A stretch of DNA of 64,000 nucleotides. Source: an uncultured Gemmatimonadota bacterium (GTDB taxonomy: Bacteria; JAAXHH01). Of this stretch, positions 37,235 through 46,279 are shown piece by piece (position 1 is the first letter of the stretch; every line of letters begins with the position of its first letter). Location of the stretch: positions 3,360,001 through 3,424,000 of the forward strand of contig OX638340.1 in the NCBI GenBank assembly GCA_951812955.1. The letters run 5' to 3'. Made by a program: the position numbers and the translations under genes. Below the pieces are notes generated by a model, which was not told where the DNA came from, searched no databases, and saw only the letters and a program-made list of their open reading frames with translations.

Positions 37235-38029
37235 TCAATCCCCTTCTGGCTGATTTTCGATCAGGTCATCCACCGCCGCCGTATCCTGCACGTCGGTCCG
37301 GAACACCCAGGTGCCGTTCTTCACGTAATGTACCGCGAAAGCCAGGCGGGACCGGGTACGGGAACGGTTGGCGTAGGACCCGTGCACGGTCCTGCTGGTA
37401 AAGAACACGCCGCTGCCGCGGGGGACCGTCAACCGGACGAGGTCTTTTTCTTCTATGCCCACGACGTCGAAGGAGTAGAGTTTCTCGGTCCATTCGCGGC
37501 CGTCCGGCGAGCGCATGCCGTATTCACTCTCCCAGCTTACGTGCTCCGGATTGGTGTTCAGGCTCGTTTCGCGCAGGGCGTCCTTGTGGCTCCCCGGCGC
37601 CACGCACAGTCCGCCGTTCTCCGGGTCCGTATCGCTCATGGCGATCCAGCAGGCCATGAGGGTATCGGGTTCGTTGGGCAGGTAGTGGGAGTCCTGGTGA
37701 AGGGATATGCCGGCATCGCCCAGTTCTTCGCCCGGCCCGGCCGGTTGCTTGGCCATGTACATGGACTGCACGATGCGTGGCCGTCCGCCCAGGATCTGCG
37801 CGGCGACTCCCGCGACGTTCGGATGGGTGGCGAGTCCGCGCCAGTACGGATCGGATAGATGGGTACGGAGCCCTTGCCTCAGGGATTCTGCTTCCGGATC
37901 CGCCTGGTGACGCAGGAACGCTTCCACCTCGTCCGCAGACAGCAGGTCCGGGACGACGAGATAGCCATCCGCGTGAAACTGTTCGAGCTGCGTATCCTTA
38001 AGCTGGATGGGGGTGGTTTCCTTCGGCAT
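37235..38029 (-). CDS. PhyH-family Fe(II)/2OG dioxygenase (start ATG at 38029; the ORF-track start is 38107)
   Basis: ...QFHADGYLVVPDLLSADEV...ISLHQDSHY... Confidence 0.6.
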   Translation of the reverse strand: MPKETTPIQLKDTQLEQFHADGYLVVPDLLSADEVEAFLRHQADPEAESLRQGLRTHLSDPYWRGLATHPNVAGVAAQILGGRPRIVQSMYMAKQPAGPGEELGDAGISLHQDSHYLPNEPDTLMACWIAMSDTDPENGGLCVAPGSHKDALRETSLNTNPEHVSWESEYGMRSPDGREWTEKLYSFDVVGIEEKDLVRLTVPRGSGVFFTSRTVHGSYANRSRTRSRLAFAVHYVKNGTWVFRTDVQDTAAVDDLIENQPEGD

Positions 38030-38179
38030 GTTCGGCGGGACCTCACTGGATTCGAACGAAGGGATTGGGTCCGGGGAACTACATGCGCATGAGTCTGAAA
38101 CAATCAACTAAAGAAAACGGCCCGGAGAAGGCCGGTCAAGGAGTATGTCCCGGCCAGCCACCGCCGCGAATGCCGGACG

Positions 38180-39229
38180 CTACAACTGGTTGAGCAGCAT
38201 CAGTTCGCCGGGAAAGGGATGGAGGTAGGTCTGGTCTTTCAAGTAGGCGATGTCGAATTCGCGGACGTAGTGCCGCAGCATGACGACCGGGACGATCAGC
38301 GGGAGCAATTCCTCCCGGTAATTCTGAATCATGCGGGTCAGTTCCCGCCGGGTACGGCTGTCGAGCCGGTCGGAAACGTAGCCCGCCATGTGTTGCAACA
38401 CGTTGGTGTGGTTCCGCCGTGACGGGGTTCGTTTCATGACCGAGTTGAATTCGTCCAGGTAGGCATTCGCCAGGGCCTGGGTGGTCGCAAATCGTTCCGG
38501 TTTCGCCAGCAGCCGGCCGAGGCGGCGGGTGCCCTCCTGGCTGTGGGCCATGAGCAAGTACTTGTAGGCCCGGTGATATCCCATCAGCGATTCCCTGGTC
38601 AGGCCCGTAGTGACCAGTTGCAGCCAGCGGTAATAGGCGAACACCCGGCTGATGAAGTTCTCCCGGATCCTGAGGTTGTGCAACCGCTGCTCTTCTTCCA
38701 CCGGCAGATGGGGGAGGACTTCCATCAACCGGCGGGCGAATATGCCCCGCCCTTTTTTAAGTGTGGCGCCATCGGGCTGGACGACGGGTACGCGCTCCTT
38801 GCCGCAGGAGGGGGATCGGCTTTTCAGGATGTATCCGCTGAGCCTGGCCTGCTCCAGGGTCTGAACACGCTGCCGGGCGAACCAGTCCACCACGTCCGTG
38901 TGGTCGACGCCCGCCTTGGTCAGCATCCGGATGTCGCCGTCGACCCGCGTCAGCTGCACCGTCTCCCGCGGCATGCCCATGCCCGCCTCCACTTCCGGAC
39001 ATACCGGGACCCACTCCACGTACCGGCCGACCACGTCCACCAGGTAGTCGTCCCGTTTGTGCCCGCCGTCGTAGCGGACTCTCTCGCCGAGCAGGCAGGA
39101 GGAGATACCGATGCGCACGGGCAATTCGGCCCGGTGAATATCCAGCAGGGGTATTTCGCTCGAGGAAGTCCCGCCAAATACCGATTCGCTCATGATTCGT
39201 CCATTATGCTCTTCGCATTGCGGTTTCAC
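38180..39229 (-). CDS. DUF523 (TudS-like [4Fe-4S] thiouracil desulfidase fold) fused to a DUF1722 (YbgA-like) domain
   Basis: DUF523 N-domain with conserved Cys (ISSCLLGERVRYDGG...VPVCPEVEAGMGMPRE...SPSCG). C-terminal ~190 aa has YbgA-like helical character. Confidence 0.5.
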   Translation of the reverse strand: MKPQCEEHNGRIMSESVFGGTSSSEIPLLDIHRAELPVRIGISSCLLGERVRYDGGHKRDDYLVDVVGRYVEWVPVCPEVEAGMGMPRETVQLTRVDGDIRMLTKAGVDHTDVVDWFARQRVQTLEQARLSGYILKSRSPSCGKERVPVVQPDGATLKKGRGIFARRLMEVLPHLPVEEEQRLHNLRIRENFISRVFAYYRWLQLVTTGLTRESLMGYHRAYKYLLMAHSQEGTRRLGRLLAKPERFATTQALANAYLDEFNSVMKRTPSRRNHTNVLQHMAGYVSDRLDSRTRRELTRMIQNYREELLPLIVPVVMLRHYVREFDIAYLKDQTYLHPFPGELMLLNQL

Positions 39230-39243
39230 TCATGATGCGCTCG

Positions 39244-39990
39244 CTACCATCGGTCGATGGCTCCGAGAAGCAGTTTCTGTTCCTTCGTTCCCTTTTCCCG
39301 TATGGCCGTCACCCGGGGTCCGTCGAAGGGTTCCCTGGACTTCATCCAGGCGTTCTGGTAGCACATGAGGCAGACACGGCGGTTCCGTTCCGACTGGTTG
39401 GCGGCCCCGCGGTGAAACAGCCAGCCGTCGAACAGGACGGCCTGTCCCGGCCTGGCCAGCACGTGTTTTTCATCGGGGAACCGGGCATGCGTCTCCGGCG
39501 GCTTGAAGGGCGCCCTGTGGCTGCCAGGCACGATGACGATAGGACCGTTCTCCATGGTCAGCTGGTCCAGGTAATATCCGCAGTTGACCTGTCCCGGCTC
39601 GTTGCCGTAAGGCGGCGGTTCCGGGTCTTTGGGCCAGGGAATGTCCCGGTGCCAGTTCTGGTCCGGCTCCCCGGGTTTAGTCACCCGCGCCGTCGCGCTG
39701 TGCAACTGCACGCAATTGCCCAGGATGGCCTTCATACGGTCCAGGACGGGCGGGTTGTCGAGGAGGAAGGCGAACCGGTCGTCTTCCTCAAGGAGTTGGT
39801 GCGTGAAGGACTCGCCGCGCCGCTGGTAGGTCTCGTCCAGGGCGTCCCGGAGCTGTTCGACCTGCGGGACGGTCAACGCGTCCTCCACCACGAGATAGCC
39901 CCACTTCCTGAAGAAGGCGGCTTCCCGTTCCAGTTCCGGCGTCAGGTCCGGATTCATCCGCGGACCGACGATTTCGGCGTCATATCCCAT
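39244..39990 (-). CDS. PhyH-family Fe(II)/2OG dioxygenase
   Basis: ...KWGYLVVEDALTVPQV...NWHRDIPW...VPGSHR.... Confidence 0.6.
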   Translation of the reverse strand: MGYDAEIVGPRMNPDLTPELEREAAFFRKWGYLVVEDALTVPQVEQLRDALDETYQRRGESFTHQLLEEDDRFAFLLDNPPVLDRMKAILGNCVQLHSATARVTKPGEPDQNWHRDIPWPKDPEPPPYGNEPGQVNCGYYLDQLTMENGPIVIVPGSHRAPFKPPETHARFPDEKHVLARPGQAVLFDGWLFHRGAANQSERNRRVCLMCYQNAWMKSREPFDGPRVTAIREKGTKEQKLLLGAIDRW

Positions 39991-40064
39991 AGGTATCCCT
40001 GGTCGGTCGCGCGCCTGCTGGCCGGCACGACCTCCGGCACGCTACACGCCGTCCGCTCGCGACA

Positions 40065-41189
40065 TCAGAAGAAGCCGAGGTCTTCCCGGGCCGCCCGACG
40101 GGCCGTCTCCTCGTCCAGCGTCACACCCAGGCCCGGCTTCATGGGCAGGTCGATGTGCCCGTTCCGGATCAGGTCTCTTTCCACCGTCAGCGTATTCCAA
40201 ACTTCGTTGTCCAGGTGATGGAATTCGAGCACCTGGAAGTTGGGCACCGCCGCGCACAGGTGACACACGGCCACCGTGCCGATGGGTCCACAGATGTTGT
40301 GGGGCGACAGGGGGATGTAGTACATGTCCGCCAGGTCGGCGATTTTCCGGCCCTCGAGCAGTCCACCCGCCTTGGCGTGATCGGGCGAGATGATGTCCGC
40401 CGCCTGCGCCTCGATGAGGTCCCGGAATCCGTGGCGCGTGTAGAAGTTCTCCCCGGTGCAGATGGGGACGCGGGTAGCCTGGGTCACTTTCGCCATGGCC
40501 TCGATGTTCTCCGGCGGCACGGGATCCTCCAGCCACATCAGGTCCAGGTCCTCGCAGGCGTAAGCCACCTTGAGTATGTCCACCGGGGCGTAATTCCAGT
40601 GGGCGTCGATGAGCAGGTCGGTATTGGGGTTCAGCGAATCCCGAAGTGCGGTGATGACGTCAATGAAGAAGGCCACGTCGTCGTTGCTGATGGTCCGGTT
40701 GTACCGGTCCCGCCGGTTCGGCCGCGGATCGATGTCGAACTTGATGGCGTCGAAGCCGCGTGCTTCAACGGCCCGGGCTTTCTCCACATAGGCTTCCGGC
40801 GTCTCGTCATCCCCTGCGTGGCAGTCGTTGTAAACGCGGATGCGGTCCCTGAACTTGCCGCCGAGCAGTTGCCAGATGGGCACGCCGCAGGCCTGTCCCG
40901 TGATGTCCCACAGGGCCATTTCAATCCCGCTGATGGCGCTCATGACCGCGCCCTGGTAGAAACCGGACGCCGACATGGAAGACATCATGTCGTGGAAGAG
41001 CTTGTCCACGTTCCGCGGGTCCTGGCCGATGAGCGCCCGGTCCCGCAGCCTCGGGTCGGTGACGATCTGGTGGACCCCGGCGCCGTGATAGGCTTCGCCG
41101 ATGCCGACCAGCCCCTCGTCGGTTTTGACTTTTACCAGTACCCAGGGCATGGGCTGGAGCAGCACGGCCCCCACGTGTGTGATTTTCAT
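40065..41189 (-). CDS. Enolase-superfamily enzyme, mandelate racemase/muconate lactonising (MR/MLE) family (start ATG at 41189 with a GGAG SD)
   Basis: MKITHVGAVLLQ...VKVKTDEGLVGIGEA. MR_MLE N and C domains. Metal ligands D...E...D. Confidence 0.8.
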   Translation of the reverse strand: MKITHVGAVLLQPMPWVLVKVKTDEGLVGIGEAYHGAGVHQIVTDPRLRDRALIGQDPRNVDKLFHDMMSSMSASGFYQGAVMSAISGIEMALWDITGQACGVPIWQLLGGKFRDRIRVYNDCHAGDDETPEAYVEKARAVEARGFDAIKFDIDPRPNRRDRYNRTISNDDVAFFIDVITALRDSLNPNTDLLIDAHWNYAPVDILKVAYACEDLDLMWLEDPVPPENIEAMAKVTQATRVPICTGENFYTRHGFRDLIEAQAADIISPDHAKAGGLLEGRKIADLADMYYIPLSPHNICGPIGTVAVCHLCAAVPNFQVLEFHHLDNEVWNTLTVERDLIRNGHIDLPMKPGLGVTLDEETARRAAREDLGFF

Positions 41190-41327
41190 TTGGACTCCAT
41201 GACTGCCTGACTGCCGGACAATGGGTTCCCACGCTTCGCCCGCCCGATCCTCAAAGGTGCGAACGCGGTACACTAAAGACGCAAGCGCGGTACACTACAG
41301 CACGAGCGCGGTACATTCAGTAACCGA

Positions 41328-41939
41328 TCATTGCATCCTGGTCAGCGCGTCCCGGGCATTGAGATAGGGTACGGATCGCTCCAGGAACGTTTCAACCAGG
41401 TGACCGGGCGTGAGTTCGGAAGTATCGATGTCGAACTTTCGTTTGATCCAGGACTGCGCGACTTCCTCTTCGAACCGTTCCAGGACGTGCGGCACGTCCT
41501 CCGATGGAACCAACTGGCGTGGATGGGGATCCTGCTCCATGCGCCGCCGGATCACCTCGGGACGTGCGTGAAGATGGACCAGGATCGCGTCGCCGGGCAT
41601 GTCCGGTTCGTACTCACGCACCGCGATATTGATCCCCGGATAATAGTAACAGGGACCGTACACCATCTCCTCGATATGGAACCCGCCCAGGAGGATGTGG
41701 TCGAACTTGTGCATCAGCCGGACGTGGTACACGATCTGGAACCGCTGAAACCGTTCCTTTATGGCCGGCAGCATGTCGATGAAGCCCTGCTGCTCCTCCT
41801 CGTCGAGGTGGTAGGCGTCCGGGATGGTGAAGTGGTCGTCCAGGTGGTGATGAACGCCCCGCTCGTTCCCCCAGTTGTAGAGGCCGTCGATCAGCGTCGT
41901 GACCCCCGAGTATTCGCAGCCTGCGGCGATCAACCGCAT
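41328..41939 (-). CDS. Hypothetical protein with a degenerate P-loop-like N-terminus (AAGCEYSGVTTL); possibly a sulfotransferase/kinase fold
   Basis: ORF between two MR/MLE genes. The glycine-rich loop lacks the Walker A lysine. No firm family assignment. Confidence 0.35.
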   Translation of the reverse strand: MRLIAAGCEYSGVTTLIDGLYNWGNERGVHHHLDDHFTIPDAYHLDEEEQQGFIDMLPAIKERFQRFQIVYHVRLMHKFDHILLGGFHIEEMVYGPCYYYPGINIAVREYEPDMPGDAILVHLHARPEVIRRRMEQDPHPRQLVPSEDVPHVLERFEEEVAQSWIKRKFDIDTSELTPGHLVETFLERSVPYLNARDALTRMQ

Positions 41940-41970
41940 GGACGCTCCTTTCGTCGATATCGGAATGGTT

Positions 41971-43089
41971 TCAATCCAGTTCCTCGTAAGCCTGCGTATA
42001 CCGCTGCAGCGCGTCGTAATCCAGGTCGCAACCCAGTCCCGGCTTCATTGGCGTGGGCACGTGGCCGTCGACAAAGGTAATGGGTTCGAGGATCAGGTCG
42101 TCCTCCCGGGTCCACCCGCCGACGAAATCGGACGCCATGGTGCAGTTCGGCGCCGCGGCCGCGGCATGGACGAAGGAGGTGTCCGAAATCCCCAGGTCGT
42201 TTCCCGATCCGTGCCAGCACGGGAGTCCGGCCGAGGCGGCCGTGGCGGCATTGCGCTGGAAGCCGAACATGCTGCCACCCAGGTTTACGCAATCCACCAC
42301 GCCCCGGCCCCCGTCGGCCTGCAGGGCGCGGACCACGCCCGGCCCGTCTCCCAGGTGCATGGCCAGGGGGAAAGGGATGGCCCCGTGGATCTCTTCGTAA
42401 CCCTCGATATCGGACTTGGGTATGGGGTCCTCGAACACCTCCACGTTTCCCAGCGGTTCGAGGCGCCCCGCCAGTTCGATGGTCTGCGCGGCGGTGTAGA
42501 ACCGTTCGTTGGGGTCCACGGTCACCTTGAATCCGGGCCCCGCCACGTCGCGCATGGCCTTCAGGCGCTCGTACATGGGTTCCTCGAGCCGGCACTTGAT
42601 CTTGACCCCCGTAAACCCTTGCCGCATCCCTCGTTCCACGGCCCTGGCGCCGTCCTCCGGCGTCTGGTGGCCCATCCAGTAATCGGCGCGGACACGGTCG
42701 CGGACGGCGCCTCCGAGCAACGCATGCACGGGCAGTTCGCGGACCCGTCCCACGAGGTCCAGCACGGCCATCTCGAAGGCGTCGTACGCCGGACCGGTAC
42801 CTACCGTGATGTCGTCGGCCGCCCTTTCGGCCCGCCGTCCGAAGATATCCTGCGGGGCCACGTCCTCGGGGTCGCGGCCGATCAGCAGCGCCGCGCCTTC
42901 CCTGACCTCCTCGATGGGTACGCCGCGCCAGGTCTCCCCGATGCCCGAGAACTCGGTGTCCGTATCGACACGGATGATGTGCTTCGGGACCTCGTCCCAG
43001 CCGGCCTTCGCAGCGTATTCAGGGCTGTGGACGCGGCCCGGTATGGTGGGTACGACGACGGTCCAGACTGCAACGGATGTGATCTTCAT
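41971..43089 (-). CDS. Enolase-superfamily enzyme, MR/MLE family (second copy)
   Basis: MKITSVAVWTV...IRVDTDTEFSGIGET. MR_MLE architecture. Confidence 0.8.
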   Translation of the reverse strand: MKITSVAVWTVVVPTIPGRVHSPEYAAKAGWDEVPKHIIRVDTDTEFSGIGETWRGVPIEEVREGAALLIGRDPEDVAPQDIFGRRAERAADDITVGTGPAYDAFEMAVLDLVGRVRELPVHALLGGAVRDRVRADYWMGHQTPEDGARAVERGMRQGFTGVKIKCRLEEPMYERLKAMRDVAGPGFKVTVDPNERFYTAAQTIELAGRLEPLGNVEVFEDPIPKSDIEGYEEIHGAIPFPLAMHLGDGPGVVRALQADGGRGVVDCVNLGGSMFGFQRNAATAASAGLPCWHGSGNDLGISDTSFVHAAAAAPNCTMASDFVGGWTREDDLILEPITFVDGHVPTPMKPGLGCDLDYDALQRYTQAYEELD

Positions 43090-43122
43090 CCAGGACTCCC
43101 TGTTTGGGGCGAAAACGTCGCT

Positions 43123-44316
43123 TCAGTTGTTCCGCCACCCTGCGATAAAAGTGTCCACATTCAGGCAGGACGGCATTTCCTCGAAGTAGTAGTGCATGGG
43201 GTCCGACTGAAACCCTGGCACGTACTGTACGGTTTCTGATTGCACCATGCCGTCGAGTGGGGCGAAGCGCTGCCAGAGGGTGTCCAGTTCGCCGTCGGCA
43301 AACCGGGGTTTCAGGTCCTCGTCGTGCGATATGTCGCTGCCGTAGTGCGGCCGGACGGGATGTGCGGAGAACTTCATCTTGTAGACAATCTTGGACAGGA
43401 GCACGACGCACACGATACGCCCGATCTCGCCGGGGTGCAGCGCGGCAAGGCCTTCCTGGAAAGCGTCCTCGTCCCGGCCGATGACGGCGCGGAAAATGGA
43501 CTCTATCAGGTCTGACTCCTCGTCATACCTGCGCTTGACGTCCTCGAAAACGGCCTGCAGATCGGAGGGCAGGCATTCGGTGAAGGAGAGATCCCTGAAG
43601 GTGCGGTTGACGTAGGGGAAGATCGGACCGCCGTAGGACCGGTAGCCCAGGTGGATGGTGCGCCTCATCCGGGCGCTGTAATTGCTCCCCCAGTGCAGGA
43701 TCGTATTGGTATAGACCACCCCGTCGCCCGCATTCAACTCGACCTGGACGGCGCCGGGCAGTACCTCGCGGGGATTCCGTCCCAGGCAGCGGTTCTCTTC
43801 GGCCGTGTTCCCCCGTTGATGACTCTTCGGCACGACCCAGAGCACGTTGTCATCGTAGAGCGGGATGTTCCACTGGAGATAACCGGGGGCGTTGTGCAGC
43901 AGGTCATCCTGCAGGCCCCTGAGCGGCGCCTGGTCGATGGGATGTATGTCCCGGTGCCACGCCGCCGGACCGTGGTCTTCCACCGGGTTGCACATGAAGA
44001 AGAAACCGGTGTTTCCCGCGGCTTTCGCGTTCATGATGCGCCGGCTGACCCCCATGGTATGCTCGTGCAGGCCGAAGGCCATGGTATTGGCCGTGTCCTC
44101 GTCCACGAGGGATTCGAAGTTCAGCCGGGGCTGGGAACTGACCGCCCACTGGCCTCCGGGCGGATCGTCCGGTTTCCTTTCCCTGGCCCAGATTTCCTTC
44201 TGACGATCCACCATGCGCTCGAAGCTGTCCCTTAACGGGTCTAGCCAGTCAGGGGGAACCACCCCACGAAGCACGATGAAACCGTCTTCGAACAGTTTCC
44301 GAGGATCGAAATTCAT
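43123..44316 (-). CDS. PhyH-family Fe(II)/2OG dioxygenase (long form, 397 aa)
   Basis: ...FEDGFIVLRGVVPPDWL...AWHRDIHP... Confidence 0.6.
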   Translation of the reverse strand: MNFDPRKLFEDGFIVLRGVVPPDWLDPLRDSFERMVDRQKEIWARERKPDDPPGGQWAVSSQPRLNFESLVDEDTANTMAFGLHEHTMGVSRRIMNAKAAGNTGFFFMCNPVEDHGPAAWHRDIHPIDQAPLRGLQDDLLHNAPGYLQWNIPLYDDNVLWVVPKSHQRGNTAEENRCLGRNPREVLPGAVQVELNAGDGVVYTNTILHWGSNYSARMRRTIHLGYRSYGGPIFPYVNRTFRDLSFTECLPSDLQAVFEDVKRRYDEESDLIESIFRAVIGRDEDAFQEGLAALHPGEIGRIVCVVLLSKIVYKMKFSAHPVRPHYGSDISHDEDLKPRFADGELDTLWQRFAPLDGMVQSETVQYVPGFQSDPMHYYFEEMPSCLNVDTFIAGWRNN

Positions 44317-44593
44317 GTAAGGTTTACCGCAAAAAGATGCGACGCGGGACGATGCCCGCGCCGTAGAACAGGGTTAACGTTCAATCTACATCGGCCCATG
44401 GGAATGTCAAGAGTGGGAAGACACAAATTGCGTCTTTGTTTGACTCTGAGCCGGCACCGCCCTGAGACTGCCGCGTGGACGGGTATTTCGTCTTGCAGGA
44501 AGCCCGCCGCGAAATTAGATTACGGTCCTGTAATTCAATAAACCCTGGTCCGGTTCGTTTCCACGAATACCGGTTTTCTTCCTTGTCGACGGA

Positions 44594-45205
44594 GTGCTCA
44601 TGGCGGTCCAGAAAGACTGGTGCCGGTTTGTCCTGCTGCTCATCGACGTCCAGCGGGATTTCTGGCCGGAGGAGACGGCCGAGTCTTTCCCCGATTTCCC
44701 GTCGAACGTCGAACGGCTGCTCGAATATTGCCGCGTTTCCGGTCTCGACGTCGTCCACGTGCGTGCGGATTTCGAACCGGACGGATCGGACTGGATGACG
44801 CCCTATCGGATTAAGGGGGAAACACCCTGCATACGCGGCACGCGGGGTGTGGAGGTGCTGCCCTGCGCCATGGAAATGGACGGCGAACCCGTCCTGCGCA
44901 AGCGGACCTTCGACGCCTTCCTTCAGCCGGACCTATTATCCCGTTTACATCGTGCGCGTAAATCCTATATACTGATTGCGGGACTTGAGACCTCCGTCTG
45001 CGTGCTTCTTACCGCTGCTTCCGCCGTACAGCACGGGTTCCTGGCCGCGGTCGTCGCGGACTGCTGCGCCGACGATCCCGCCAGGCACGAGGCGGTGGTA
45101 AACGGATATCCCTTCATGTTTGACCGCACTACCCTCGCCAGGCTCGAAACCGACCACGACCGCTGGATGGACATGCTGAACAAGCTGCAGCATGCCGGAG
45201 GATGA
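44594..45205 (+). CDS. Isochorismatase-family cysteine hydrolase
   Basis: ...[10 protein letters not shown]...[16 protein letters not shown]... (catalytic D-K-C arrangement). Confidence 0.7.
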   Translation: MLMAVQKDWCRFVLLLIDVQRDFWPEETAESFPDFPSNVERLLEYCRVSGLDVVHVRADFEPDGSDWMTPYRIKGETPCIRGTRGVEVLPCAMEMDGEPVLRKRTFDAFLQPDLLSRLHRARKSYILIAGLETSVCVLLTAASAVQHGFLAAVVADCCADDPARHEAVVNGYPFMFDRTTLARLETDHDRWMDMLNKLQHAGG

Positions 45206-46248
45206 CCGTGAACCATTTGAATGTAGGGATCGTCGGCCTCGGCTGGGTGGCCGGGGCGCACATCGACGCCTTCAAGGCCGTGACCGGGGCCGACGTTACC
45301 GCCGTATGCTCCCGGAGGAACCATGACGACGCGGAACTTTCCGCGCAGTTCGGCACGCCGCTGAAGTCCTGTGTCGATTATGGCGATCTGCTCGCCGATC
45401 CCGACGTCCACGTGGTCGACATCTGCACGCCCCACCCCTTCCACGCCGACCAGGCCGTGGCCGCCGCGGAGGCCGGCAAGCATCTCATCATCGAGAAGCC
45501 CATTGCCCTGACTCCCACGGACGCCGTGCGCATCCAGTCCGCCGTCGAGAAGGCCGGGGTGTGTGTCTGCGTCTGTTTCGAATGCCGGTACAGCGCGCAC
45601 TTCACCATGATCCGGTCCGTCATCGACCAGGGGCTGCTCGGTGATCTACACTACGCCGAAGTCGACTACTACCATGGCATTGGTCCCTGGTACGGGCAGT
45701 ACGGCTGGAACGTGAAAAAGGACATGGGCGGGTCCAGCCTGCTGACGGCGGGGTGCCACGCCCTGGACGCCCTTCTGTTCTTCATGGACGGCAAGGTGGA
45801 GGAAGTCACCAGCTACAGCACGAAGTCCTCCAGCCCCCACTTCGCGCCGTACGAGTACGATACCACGAGTGTTTCCATCCTGAGATTCGAGGGCGGCAAG
45901 CGGATCGGCAAGGTGACCTCCAGCATCGACTGTCTGCAGCCCTACTATTTCCACGTGCACCTGGTAGGTAGCGAAGGAAGCCTGCTGGACAATCGGTTCT
46001 ATTCGCATAAGCTCGATGGTCTGGACCGCAGCCGTTGGAGCACGCTCGAGACCTCCCTGATCGATTCGGGCGACGTCCAGGATCACCCTTACGAACCCCA
46101 GTTCCAGGCCTTCGTCGACAGTATCAACGGAGGCGGACCCATGCCGCTCACGGACATGCATACCGCCTACGAGTCGCACCGCGTCGTCTTCGCGGCCGAC
46201 CGTTCAGCTGCGGAGGGCCGGTCTGTGCGCCTGGACGAGGTGGACTAG
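45202..46248 (+). CDS. Gfo/Idh/MocA-family NAD(P)-dependent oxidoreductase
   Basis: Rossmann N-terminus [16 protein letters not shown]...EKPIAL. ATGA start/stop overlap with the isochorismatase gene. Confidence 0.8.
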   Translation: MTVNHLNVGIVGLGWVAGAHIDAFKAVTGADVTAVCSRRNHDDAELSAQFGTPLKSCVDYGDLLADPDVHVVDICTPHPFHADQAVAAAEAGKHLIIEKPIALTPTDAVRIQSAVEKAGVCVCVCFECRYSAHFTMIRSVIDQGLLGDLHYAEVDYYHGIGPWYGQYGWNVKKDMGGSSLLTAGCHALDALLFFMDGKVEEVTSYSTKSSSPHFAPYEYDTTSVSILRFEGGKRIGKVTSSIDCLQPYYFHVHLVGSEGSLLDNRFYSHKLDGLDRSRWSTLETSLIDSGDVQDHPYEPQFQAFVDSINGGGPMPLTDMHTAYESHRVVFAADRSAAEGRSVRLDEVD

Positions 46249-46279
46249 ACGGACCAGTAACCGAAATGGAGTAAGGGAC

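Noticed and set aside
41899-43239. 446-aa plus-strand ORF
   Set aside because: Antisense to the MR/MLE gene; no motifs.
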